Shown: piece by piece, positions 49,881-58,344 of the stretch
Layout: each line of letters begins with the position of its first letter
Numbering within the stretch: position 1 is the stretch's first letter
NCBI GenBank assembly: GCA_965116475.1
Contig: OZ220691.1
Coordinates: 3,483,077 to 3,547,076 of the forward strand
Origin: Gemmatimonadota bacterium
Lineage (GTDB): Bacteria > Gemmatimonadota > Gemmatimonadetes > Palauibacterales > Palauibacteraceae
DNA length: 64,000 bases
Direction of reading: 5' to 3'
Made by a program: the position numbers and the translations under genes
The notes under the pieces: generated by a model
The model's input: the letters and a program-made list of their open reading frames with translations, nothing else
What the model was told of the DNA's origin: nothing
Database searches by the model: none

Positions 49881-50935
49881 GCCAGTCCCGCCTTCTCCAG
49901 TGCCTCATCCAGAGACAGGCCGCTCTCGACGAACTGCTTCAGCGCGCGGCCTCGGGCGGCGAGATCGGACGCGGCGAGACCGCCGAAGGAGAACTCCAGC
50001 GAGGTCTCCAGCACGCGGGCGATCTCGTTCTGGACGCGCACTGCGACCGGCGCGACGCCGAGGAAGACGAACTGCCGGTAATCCTCCCTGCGCGTGGTCC
50101 CGTCTCCACCCGGCATCACGAGCGAAGCCGGGACGCCTGCGGCGCTGGCCACGGTCGAGATCGCATCGCGCCTCAGCGCGATCAGCGAGTCCGGAGGGTT
50201 CGCGCCCAGCCTGGCTGGCACGAGATCGCGCCGTGGCGCTGAACCCGCGTCGCCCCAGCCGCCAGCTACGGTCTCCGTGAGGACGGTGCTCCCCTTGGCG
50301 TCTCGGATGTCGTCTCTGAGCGTGTCGAGATCGCTTGTCTCCGGTCCCTGCGGAACCGGGAGGAGATGGGCCGCCACGCCGCCGGCTTCTTGGCCCAGCC
50401 GCATCTCGAGGGCCGAGAGGAGATCTCCCGAGAGACCGGCCAAGGGCGACAGGCTGCGCCACGGCTCGGCTGCTCGCGGTGCCCACATGAGGTGGATGAC
50501 CGAGTCGCGAGGCATCCATCGCGTCTGGATCTTCGACGGGGCGGACGTGGTGACGTGGTACCGCCACGACGCGGGAGACGGGCCGCCCCAGACCGTCCAA
50601 CTGCTCGCCACCGACAGCATCGGCGGGACGTCGAAGGCCAGGACGATCTCTCCCTGCAGGATGAGCTCCCGGCCGACGAGATCCAGCACCTCGGGCGTCA
50701 CCAGCATCTTGGCGAGTTCGTCGCCCTCGACCTCGGCCGATGACAGCGCCCTCGCCCAGAGATCGCCGAGCGCCTGTGCGGTCCCGGTCTCGTTGACGCG
50801 ACCTGCTGGGCTCTCGGAGCCGGACGCCGACGCGGCGATCAGAGAGACCAGCGCATCGGTGTACGAACTCCGAACTTCCGCCGTCTTCCGCTGCCACGGG
50901 AGCCTCATAGCGCGAGACCTCGGCGCTTGACCCAC
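49877..50935 (-). CDS. Phage portal protein (HK97-family-like)
   Basis: 352 aa; C-terminus DLAARGRALKQFVESGLSLDEALEKAGL matches the conserved portal C-terminal pattern. Confidence 0.55.
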   Translation of the reverse strand: MGQAPRSRAMRLPWQRKTAEVRSSYTDALVSLIAASASGSESPAGRVNETGTAQALGDLWARALSSAEVEGDELAKMLVTPEVLDLVGRELILQGEIVLAFDVPPMLSVASSWTVWGGPSPASWRYHVTTSAPSKIQTRWMPRDSVIHLMWAPRAAEPWRSLSPLAGLSGDLLSALEMRLGQEAGGVAAHLLPVPQGPETSDLDTLRDDIRDAKGSTVLTETVAGGWGDAGSAPRRDLVPARLGANPPDSLIALRRDAISTVASAAGVPASLVMPGGDGTTRREDYRQFVFLGVAPVAVRVQNEIARVLETSLEFSFGGLAASDLAARGRALKQFVESGLSLDEALEKAGLA

Positions 50936-51210
50936 TGAGACAGCAAAGACGCCGCGCCAGACGCTCGCAGGGCAGCTCTGGAGGCCGCGACGTACTCGGT
51001 CTCCACGTCACCCACCCGGACGCGCCTGGCGGCCGCTGGGGCGTCTCTTAGGTACGCCGCCACCCGGATCGCGGCTTCGTTCTCCACCGCCGCAGGCGGT
51101 TCTCCCTCGCCGGTGTGTTTCTCGACAAGACCGGCGGCGACCTCGGCAAGACGCGTTGCGTTGTCACCTCCCCCGAGGGCCGAGGCCACCACCGATCGCT
51201 CTACAGCCAT
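50905..51210 (-). CDS. Phage gp6-like head-tail connector protein
   Basis: ~100 aa; NATRLAEVAAGLVEKHTGE...AAIRVAAYL pattern of Phage_connect_1; start at internal Met. Confidence 0.45.
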   Translation of the reverse strand: MAVERSVVASALGGGDNATRLAEVAAGLVEKHTGEGEPPAAVENEAAIRVAAYLRDAPAAARRVRVGDVETEYVAASRAALRASGAASLLSQWVKRRGLAL

Positions 51211-52139
51211 ATGCGCCTCCTGCGGCGGGCCGGGCGCGTGATCTCCAGCGGAGCGAGTTCTCCCGTTTCGCCGGTCACCAGCGCCAGCTCGATTGCGCGG
51301 ACGTCCATCTCGGAGACGTCGTAGAGGTCTCCCGCGACCTCGGCCACCGAGGTCTCCTCCGGTGCCCACGGGCGCACGCTCCAGAATCCCGTCTCGGAGG
51401 AATCGAGGAAGGCGCGTCCGGCGTCGTTGTCGGTGATCTGGTCGATCTCGATCCGGAGTTCATCGTCGAGAACCCGGAGCCTCAGTCCGGCACCGGTGGC
51501 GGCGACCGGCTCGGAGAATCTTCCAGACATGAACGCCGTGATCGTCCGCCGTCCCTCGGCTGCCTCGCGGAGCGCTTTGTCCAGCGCCTTCCGCCCGATG
51601 CGGATCCGCGCACAGCCGGTCTTGCACCTGCACGGCAGCTGGCGGCCCAGCGGCACCCGACCGGAGACCCGCGTCCCGCCGATCGTGCGCCGGCGCAGCT
51701 CCACCCGGTTCGGAAACACCGGCGAATCCACCAATCCCAGACCGAGGAGACGTCCGCGCTCGATGACGCGGACTCCGCCCTCGGTCTGCTCGCTCAGCGC
51801 ATCGAACTCGAGACTCGTGCCCGTGAGCTTCCCGGCGGCCACCAGCGCTCGGATCTCGGGCGTGATCTGCGCGCGGAACTCCATGCCGCCGGCGGTGGTG
51901 TCCCGGAACCGGAGAGAGCCCTCTGGGTGGAAGCTGGAGTCGATCCCATGTCGGAAGTCGTGCTGGACGTTCAAGAGGACGCGCACCTCGGACGCTGGCC
52001 CGAACGCGCCGGGCTCGAACCGCTCCCCAAGGCCGTGCGGCGTGTTCGCGGGCGGGGCGGTGATCCCGGGATCGAACACCATCCCGGAGATCTCGCCGGC
52101 GTCCGCGCTCAGCCCGGAGACGAAACGGAACTCGCTCAC
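51201..52139 (-). CDS. HK97-family prohead serine protease (S78), extended C-terminus
   Basis: GMVFDPG...ERFEPGAF, LLNVQHD, GKLTGTSLEF motifs; 312 aa is longer than typical. Confidence 0.7.
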   Translation of the reverse strand: MSEFRFVSGLSADAGEISGMVFDPGITAPPANTPHGLGERFEPGAFGPASEVRVLLNVQHDFRHGIDSSFHPEGSLRFRDTTAGGMEFRAQITPEIRALVAAGKLTGTSLEFDALSEQTEGGVRVIERGRLLGLGLVDSPVFPNRVELRRRTIGGTRVSGRVPLGRQLPCRCKTGCARIRIGRKALDKALREAAEGRRTITAFMSGRFSEPVAATGAGLRLRVLDDELRIEIDQITDNDAGRAFLDSSETGFWSVRPWAPEETSVAEVAGDLYDVSEMDVRAIELALVTGETGELAPLEITRPARRRRRIWL

Positions 52140-52374
52140 CAGAGGGCGAGGATCGTGGCCGTCGAGGAGGCGCGCACCGCCGAGACGGCGACCGGAATCA
52201 CCATGATCGACGCCGTCACTGTGAGCGCCGGCGCGTCCGCATCATCGTCCGGCAACCGGATCGTCAGATCGCCGTCGCTGAGGACGATGAACGCCCGCGC
52301 CGGGGGATCGAACACGCTCTCCTGCCCGGCGACGGTCGCCTCGCTCGCCTGCGCCGAGTAGATGGCCCAACGGC

Positions 52375-53616
52375 TCAAGTGACGAACTTCAGCCTGGCGA
52401 AGTTGGACGCCCGCGGGAGCTTGAATCCCCAGCTGTACTGCAACGTCAGCGAGATCTCATCCGAGGCTGCCTTGGTGTATGGATCTCGAATCAGCCGGCC
52501 CTCCCGCCAGACGCACGCGACGCCGGCGTTCACGATCCCGCGCTTGCGTCCGATGAAAGCGCCGAACTTGCCGTTCGATGTGGCCGTCTCGATGTCGCCG
52601 CGCACCATCCAACTGAGGCCGTTCGCCATCAGGAATTGCCTCAGCGTCATGTTGTCGGCGGCCGAGTTGATGACGGTGGAGTGCCACAACGTGTTCGCGC
52701 CGACGGAGGCCACGATCGCCAGATCTCCGGGGCTGGCGGCGTGCTTTCCGTCGATCAGCTCGGCGAACTTCACCAGCGTCTCCGGCCCCTTGATCTTGTC
52801 CGCCTGCTTGATCGTCTTCTCGACCATGTCGGCGGCGGTCTGGAGACCGGTGATGTCGGCGGCGTTCTCGTTCGCCCCGTCGTCTCCCAGGAAGACCGCG
52901 CGGTCGATCCCCTCGGCCATCGCCATCCGCAGATCGCGCCGGAGCGCCTGCTCGAGGCCGGGGATCCTGTCCGCGTCGACGCCGTTGAACACGGCGCGTG
53001 CGCGGTTGCCGGTCGGCTTGATCTCGGTGACGCCGATCGTCCACGCGGCGTCTGCCGCGTCCTCGGCCCGGCCGCGCTGCGCCGCCGAGGCCCCCGCCGT
53101 CGTGACCGGGTAGCTCGCGATCCCCGGCGCGCAGGAGGCGAACGTCACGCCCAGATGCATCGCGGCGGTGTCAGCGAACAGCCGGTCGATCCATGGGCGC
53201 TGGACGACCGTCGACTCGGCGTCCGTCGAGGCGCGAACCTCGGCTGGCGTCGGCTCGTCGAGAAGGAGCTCCAGCGGGAATGACCGGCGGCCCATGCCGA
53301 ACGCGTCGTTCAGCTCGCCGGCGGCTCCGTCCACGCCGCGTCCGTCCATCGCGGCCTCGAAGTAGCCGCCCACGTCCACCCGGCGGCGAATGGCCCGGAT
53401 CTCGGCCGCCTCGCCGTCCTCCACTGTGGGCTCCGGCTCCTCGGCCTGCGCGGCGATCAGCGCCCGGCGCTTGGTCTCGACGGAGCGCAGCTCGGCGGTG
53501 AGCTTGTCCACCTCCTGCTGCTGCTCGTCGGAGAGATCTCCGGCGGTCTGGCCGAGATCGTTGAGTTGCTGCCGGAGCTCGGACGAACGGAGCTCGGCGC
53601 GTTGCAGATCGGTCAT
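52375..53616 (-). CDS. Phage major capsid protein, HK97 family, with N-terminal delta (scaffold) coiled coil
   Basis: Coiled-coil N-terminus; FLGDDGANENAADITGL, LRMAMAEGIDRAVF and C-terminal region align with HK97 gp5 motifs (LLNGDGTGDNLEGL etc.). Confidence 0.75.
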   Translation of the reverse strand: MTDLQRAELRSSELRQQLNDLGQTAGDLSDEQQQEVDKLTAELRSVETKRRALIAAQAEEPEPTVEDGEAAEIRAIRRRVDVGGYFEAAMDGRGVDGAAGELNDAFGMGRRSFPLELLLDEPTPAEVRASTDAESTVVQRPWIDRLFADTAAMHLGVTFASCAPGIASYPVTTAGASAAQRGRAEDAADAAWTIGVTEIKPTGNRARAVFNGVDADRIPGLEQALRRDLRMAMAEGIDRAVFLGDDGANENAADITGLQTAADMVEKTIKQADKIKGPETLVKFAELIDGKHAASPGDLAIVASVGANTLWHSTVINSAADNMTLRQFLMANGLSWMVRGDIETATSNGKFGAFIGRKRGIVNAGVACVWREGRLIRDPYTKAASDEISLTLQYSWGFKLPRASNFARLKFVT

Positions 53617-53734
53617 TCTCTCGTCCCTTCGCGCGGCCAGGCAGCCACGCTCCTTCCGGGACGAAGAAGGGCCGCCATAGCTCAGTTGGTGCGTTCTCCA
53701 ATTCGCTAAGGCGACCCCGAAAGGTCTCCGCAAT

Positions 53735-54334
53735 TTAGGGTCCGGCCAGCTCCTCTACAAGCTGCCTCCAGCCGGCGTCTTCCTCCCGTCGGTGGCGGGC
53801 GAAATGGCACGAGACGCAGAGCGTCCGGAGGTTCGATGGATCGTCGGTGCCGCCGTCTCTCAGTGGCGTCTCGTGGTGGACCTCGAGCCGTCCTGGCTGG
53901 CCGCAGTCCCGGCAGCGGTGGCCGTCTCTCTGGAGGATCTTCCGGCGCAACTGAGCACCGGCGCGGCCTCTCAGACGACGGCGGATCGAAGTCTCCGAGA
54001 CGGACGGGACCGACGCCGATGCGCCTCGGCGACGCACAAGGCCAACGCCACGGCGAGATCGTCTCTGCGCCGGAGGGTGGTACGGCGGATCTTGGCGTTC
54101 CCGGCCTCGTCCGTAGCCGTCTTGGCGTTCGCCAGGCACACCCTCAGGGCGAGATTCGTTGGTGCGGCCAGCCAGTCTGCAGCGGCAAGCCGGAGGCGGC
54201 GCAGATCGTTCGCGCCGTCCTTGAAACCCATCCCGCGCAGCTTCAGCGGCACCGACTGACCGAGCGTGGCCAACGCCTCGCGGATCGAGGCCTCCCGCCA
54301 CCGGTCGGCTACGATCATCGCCGGGACGCCCCAC
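53735..54334 (-). CDS. HNH endonuclease (C-terminal HNH domain; start uncertain, overlaps TerL 3' end)
   Basis: HRCRDCGQ...EVHHETPLRDGGTDDPSNLRTLCVSCH; no ATG downstream of the TerL stop. Confidence 0.6.
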   Translation of the reverse strand: MGRPGDDRSRPVAGGLDPRGVGHARSVGAAEAARDGFQGRRERSAPPPACRCRLAGRTNESRPEGVPGERQDGYGRGRERQDPPYHPPAQRRSRRGVGLVRRRGASASVPSVSETSIRRRLRGRAGAQLRRKILQRDGHRCRDCGQPGRLEVHHETPLRDGGTDDPSNLRTLCVSCHFARHRREEDAGWRQLVEELAGP

Positions 54335-55443
54335 CGCTCGAACGCCTCGGTCAGCACACCCCCGACATCGACCTCGAACGTCCCGTGCAGGGACAGCTCC
54401 TTCCTGGCTCGCATCTTCTCATACAGGGAGCCGACGTTGTGCTCCTTTCCGCGCCGCATGAGGTCTGGATCTCGCGGGAAGACCAGAAAGCCGTCCGCGG
54501 CTCCCGTGGCCGGCCAGCAGACGGCCGCGCCGGTGGCCTGCGTGGTGGAGAGATCGAGACCGAGCACCGGGCGACCCGAGCGCAGCGCAGTCCGTCCCTC
54601 GCAGCGCGTCCACGTCCCGGCGGACAAGACCTGCTCCTCGGCTACGCCGATCCCGCCGAGGTTCAAGTGGAGCTGCAGGTATCTGGCCAGCGCCTCGGGA
54701 CTCTCTCTGGCCAGCTTCGCCTGCTTCTTCACCTCGCGGGCGAGGTGCGGCCAGAACTTCATCGATGGATTCGCTCTGTGCATGGCCGCCGCGCGAAATG
54801 GATCCTCGTCTTCCTCGGCCGCGTAGCAGATCGCCCGCTCCTTCTGGAGTTCGGCCTCGAAGGGATGGCCGGAGCCTGCCGGCGGTCGCGTCCCGGTGTA
54901 GATGATCCGCGCCTCCATCTTGGCCTTCGCCGTGTCGAGCGCGGCGATCATCTCGTCCACCGTTGGCCAGCTCGTGACCTCGTCGCAGACGATGAGCGCG
55001 GGCCGCAGACCCATGGCGCGCTTCGGGTCGCTTCCGATGGCCAACACCCGGCGGCCCGTCTTGAGGTCTCGGATCTCCGAATGCTGGAGGCTGTCGGCGA
55101 TCCTGTACCGCTTCCGGTCTCCCAGCTTCACTACCTGCTCCAGATACCGGCGGGTGTCTTGGTAGACGATCCGCGTCTGCCGGTGGCTCGCGGCGACGAG
55201 AATGATGTCGGAGCCCTTCGGGGCTAGCTCCAGAACGGGATCGAAGTACGCTCCCGCCACGATTGACGCCCAAGCGCTTTTTCCGTTGGCGCGGGCCATG
55301 CTCAGCGCGAAGTCGCCGGGAGTATCGAGACGCTTCCACGCTTTTCTCTGCCACGGCATCGGCTGGAGCGCCCTCCCGGCCATCGGACCGTCCAGAACGG
55401 TCAGACCAGATGCCCACCGGGAAACCTTCGTCGAGGTCAACAT
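53971..55443 (-). CDS. Terminase large subunit
   Basis: Walker A ARANGKSAW, Walker B LIVCDEV, C-terminal RNaseH-like nuclease region (GLDLS, MIVADRW). Confidence 0.8.
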   Translation of the reverse strand: MLTSTKVSRWASGLTVLDGPMAGRALQPMPWQRKAWKRLDTPGDFALSMARANGKSAWASIVAGAYFDPVLELAPKGSDIILVAASHRQTRIVYQDTRRYLEQVVKLGDRKRYRIADSLQHSEIRDLKTGRRVLAIGSDPKRAMGLRPALIVCDEVTSWPTVDEMIAALDTAKAKMEARIIYTGTRPPAGSGHPFEAELQKERAICYAAEEDEDPFRAAAMHRANPSMKFWPHLAREVKKQAKLARESPEALARYLQLHLNLGGIGVAEEQVLSAGTWTRCEGRTALRSGRPVLGLDLSTTQATGAAVCWPATGAADGFLVFPRDPDLMRRGKEHNVGSLYEKMRARKELSLHGTFEVDVGGVLTEAFERWGVPAMIVADRWREASIREALATLGQSVPLKLRGMGFKDGANDLRRLRLAAADWLAAPTNLALRVCLANAKTATDEAGNAKIRRTTLRRRDDLAVALALCVAEAHRRRSRPSRRLRSAVV

Positions 55444-55542
55444 ACCGGAGGCTCTGCTGCAGAAGCGTGACTACGCCAACGGTGTCCGGCGGTCACGGAG
55501 GGCTCCGAACAGGGGTCCCCGAGGAGCTGGGGCGGGCCACAT

Positions 55543-55989
55543 TCATTCGCCCGGCAGGCGCGGTACGTAGACGGCCCATAGCCACGGCGCTCCGTCACGG
55601 CGCGCGGCCGTCACGCGATGTCGTCCAAGCAGCACTTCAACCGGGCGCGAACTATCGTCGCCCAGGACGACGATCGGCGGGCCGTACTGACCACCGGACA
55701 GGTTCTGGAGCCGCTTCTCGTCCAAGCGCGATACGTCGAATTCCATGATGCGAGTCAGCGGTAGCCCTCTCCTTGGGAGCGTCTCCGACATCGCCTCCAT
55801 GATCCGCGTCTTCGTGTTGGCGACAGCCGCCGCCACGTCCGGCCAGTCTTCAGCGGTAGTGTCTTGCTCTTCGAGGAACCACCGCTCCAACCGGCGAAAC
55901 CAACGGAGCAATTCGTCGGCTTCGCAGTCTTCACCTTGCAGCCGGTTCTCCACTTGGTCCCGGTATCGGAGGATGCTGGTATTGGACAT
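55543..55989 (-). CDS. Hypothetical protein, possible small terminase / ParB-like nuclease domain
   Basis: Position immediately upstream of TerL; LLGRHRVTAARRDG resembles ParB/Srx motif; weak. Confidence 0.3.
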   Translation of the reverse strand: MSNTSILRYRDQVENRLQGEDCEADELLRWFRRLERWFLEEQDTTAEDWPDVAAAVANTKTRIMEAMSETLPRRGLPLTRIMEFDVSRLDEKRLQNLSGGQYGPPIVVLGDDSSRPVEVLLGRHRVTAARRDGAPWLWAVYVPRLPGE

Positions 55990-56324
55990 CACCCCAGACC
56001 GTACTCGTCCCACGCATGGACGATCTCGAAGAGCGCACCGATCTCAGACTTCGTGAGCGCCCGGAGGTCGTCCAATCCACCGTCACCTTCGACCGACTTT
56101 GGTATCAGACGCCCGAGTTCGCCCGCCCACTCCAGCAGCTGCGCGACCGACACGCCGTGCCGTTCACAGCGCCCGTACACGTAGTACACCTGCTTCTCGG
56201 TTGGTGACTCCGGGTGCAACGCATTCTTCGCGATGATCGTCTTATCTGTGGACTCTACCGCATCCCGCCAGCTCCCTGTGGGCTGCCCAGAGCTGCCGTT
56301 GTCTCCCTCACGTGTCCCTGTCAT
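55989..56324 (-). CDS. Hypothetical small protein (possible regulator)
   Basis: ~111 aa from internal Met; first gene after a 570-bp non-coding region downstream of int. Confidence 0.3.
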   Translation of the reverse strand: MTGTREGDNGSSGQPTGSWRDAVESTDKTIIAKNALHPESPTEKQVYYVYGRCERHGVSVAQLLEWAGELGRLIPKSVEGDGGLDDLRALTKSEIGALFEIVHAWDEYGLG

Positions 56325-56897
56325 CGATCTCCTCCCTCTCTCCAGTCGCCGGGGCGCACCTCTCCCTATTTTGTTCTCGGCCTCGCCGGTTCTCCCTCTA
56401 ATTGTCTGAAGCGATGACCGGCCCGGTGAGGGACAGCAGCAGACCGAGGGCCAGCCCGGGCCGTTGCGAAAGGGAGGCATGGTTTCGTCTCCCACGGTAT
56501 CCGAGTTGGTGTCTCGGCCTGCTGAACATGACCTGGCGGAGCCGGGCATAGCAGGCTGTGGGAGCTGCTTCCCTCCGGCCTCTCGACCGGAGCCAGCCGC
56601 CTCGCTCTCCCACTTCGACCTCGAGGCCTCATCTCGGCGCTATTGGCTGGATGCCCTTCCCGGTGCGCCACTCTCTCGCATTCCCGCGCCGGTGGGTGGA
56701 CCCTCTCCTCCACGGTTCAGCGTTCCAACGATCCCACGCATAACACGACCGGCCGATTCTCGCCAATGGTTCGGTCAGCGTCGGAGGATGTGAATCATGG
56801 ATGCAAGAAACCCCGAGACGAGAGGTCTTTTGGGAGAGCTTCGCCTCGGGGCTTCCTGCACCGGCCCAAGGAAGAATCCTCGAGCGCGTCCACAATC

Positions 56898-58121
56898 TCA
56901 GTCGCTTGTCACCGGCGCAACGTACTCGGCCCATGCCTCCATCACCGGACGCCGACGCTCGAGGAGATCGCTGCGCTGGTAGGCCCGCACGACGGCGTTT
57001 CGCTCGACATGACCGAGGATCGCCTCGGCCACTGCGAAATCGACGCCCGTATCTTCACACCAACTGCGCATGGAGGTTCGCAAACCGTGCGGCGTGGCCG
57101 GGACGTCGAGACGCCTGAGGAGCTGGAGAAACGCCATCTTGCTGAGGGGCCGATCAGCGCCAGCGCGCGGGCGAGAGGAAGGGAAGACCCAACCGGTCCC
57201 GCCCCAGCGCGCCTGGGCGTCTTCTAGCACCCTCAGGGCGCAATCTGCGAGCGGTACGCGGTGAGACCTACCTGACTTCGTCCGGAGGCTCGGAATCGTC
57301 CAGATCGCGTTCTCCAGGTCGATCTCGTCCCACGTCATCTCTCGGACCTCGCCGGTCCGAACTCCCGTCAGCGCCAAGAACGTGAACGCCGAGCGCGTCA
57401 CGCGGTCGGCGGTGGACGCCTCGACCATCTCGAGCAGGCCGGCGATCTCGCTGTGGTGCAGGGCCGGGTGGTGACGCTTCACGCGGCTGGCGTGACGCGG
57501 CAGCACCGTGAGGAGGTGGCGGCCCGCCGGGTTGTCGGTTCGGTGTCCCATCGCGACGGCCATCTCGAACGTCCTGGCCAGCCGAGCGCGGACCCTCCGG
57601 GCGGTCTCCTGCTTCTCCTCCCAGAAGCCGCGGGCCTGAAGCACCCGCGCCACGTCGGCGGACGTCACCTCGTCAACGCGCATCGCGAGCAGCGGATCGG
57701 CGTATCTGGTCACCGAGTTTCGCCACTGGCGCTCGCTATCGGGAGACCTCCAGCGGGGTTTCTCCCGGGAGATCACCGCCTCGAAGACCTCGCCCACCGT
57801 CGGGACGACCCCCTTCGGCTGCTCGGTGGCCGGAGGCTTAGCCTTCCGCCGGCGCGGATCCTCTCCGGCTTCGACCGCCGCGAAGTTCCGGAACGCCTGT
57901 TCTCGGGCCTCCCTGAGGCTCACCGCCGGCCACGTTCCCAAGCCGAGGGTGGTTTGCTTGCCGTTGATCTTCACCTTCTGTATCCACCGGCGTCTGGCGG
58001 TTCGGTCCGACGTGGGCCGGACGAGGAGTGAAAGGCCGGCGTATCCGACGGCGTACTTTCGTGGGCCGCCTAGCGTCCCGATCTTCTTCTCGGTGAGGCG
58101 CACCAAGGGGCGTTTCGGCAT
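56898..58121 (-). CDS. int: Tyrosine-type site-specific integrase (P4-like, N-terminal arm-binding DUF4102-like domain)
   Basis: Catalytic box HGLRTS...ILGH...VRAYQR (Y); N-terminal arm-binding domain; ~200 nt from attR. Confidence 0.9.
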   Translation of the reverse strand: MPKRPLVRLTEKKIGTLGGPRKYAVGYAGLSLLVRPTSDRTARRRWIQKVKINGKQTTLGLGTWPAVSLREAREQAFRNFAAVEAGEDPRRRKAKPPATEQPKGVVPTVGEVFEAVISREKPRWRSPDSERQWRNSVTRYADPLLAMRVDEVTSADVARVLQARGFWEEKQETARRVRARLARTFEMAVAMGHRTDNPAGRHLLTVLPRHASRVKRHHPALHHSEIAGLLEMVEASTADRVTRSAFTFLALTGVRTGEVREMTWDEIDLENAIWTIPSLRTKSGRSHRVPLADCALRVLEDAQARWGGTGWVFPSSRPRAGADRPLSKMAFLQLLRRLDVPATPHGLRTSMRSWCEDTGVDFAVAEAILGHVERNAVVRAYQRSDLLERRRPVMEAWAEYVAPVTSD

Positions 58122-58140
58122 GGGGATCTCCGTTCGCTAT

Positions 58141-58190
58141 GGGGTACTCGTGCCTGCGAGTACCCCAAAACATGCCCCAAGTACCCCAAA
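58141..58190. promoter_or_regulatory. Putative integrase arm-type sites near attR (GGGGTAC inverted; GTACCCCAAAA x2)
   Basis: GGGGTACTCGTGCCTGCGAGTACCCCAAAACATGCCCCAAGTACCCCAAA. Confidence 0.4.
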
Positions 58191-58323
58191 CTCGCAACTC
58201 TAGAGGAGGCATGGAGTTCCGCATGAACATCCGACAACAGGTTCCGTATAATACATGATATCAACGAGTTGTGAATCATCCAGAAGTCCAATGAACATCA
58301 AGGGATTCGCGATTGTGCGATCA

Positions 58324-58339
58324 CCACACGTTCCCGCCA
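58324..58339. repeat. attR core: 16-bp direct repeat CCACACGTTCCCGCCA
   Basis: Identical to 47735-47750. Confidence 0.8.
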
Positions 58340-58344
58340 CCCTC

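Larger units (their letters stand above)
47751..58323. mobile_element. Integrative phage-like island (tail-less capsid/packaging module + integrase) inserted in tRNA-Sec
   Basis: Bounded by the 16-bp direct repeats. It carries a tyrosine integrase, TerL, HNH, HK97 MCP, protease, connector and portal. GC is lower than the flanks (by eye ~58-63% vs ~70%). There are no tail, lysis or replication genes. Confidence 0.7.

Noticed and set aside
53662-53682. tRNA-like 5' fragment GGCCGCCATAGCTCAGTTGGT between HNH and capsid genes
   Set aside because: Only the acceptor-5' and D-loop consensus is present. There is no complementary D-stem strand, anticodon arm or T-arm. It is more likely a chance or decayed fragment than a tRNA gene or secondary att site.
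56366-56934. ORFs 56366-56713 (-), 56629-56934 (-), 56464-56793 (+) in the int-proximal gap as possible excisionase genes
   Set aside because: Mutually overlapping, no RBS/start support, compositionally non-protein-like; region treated as non-coding/regulatory instead.
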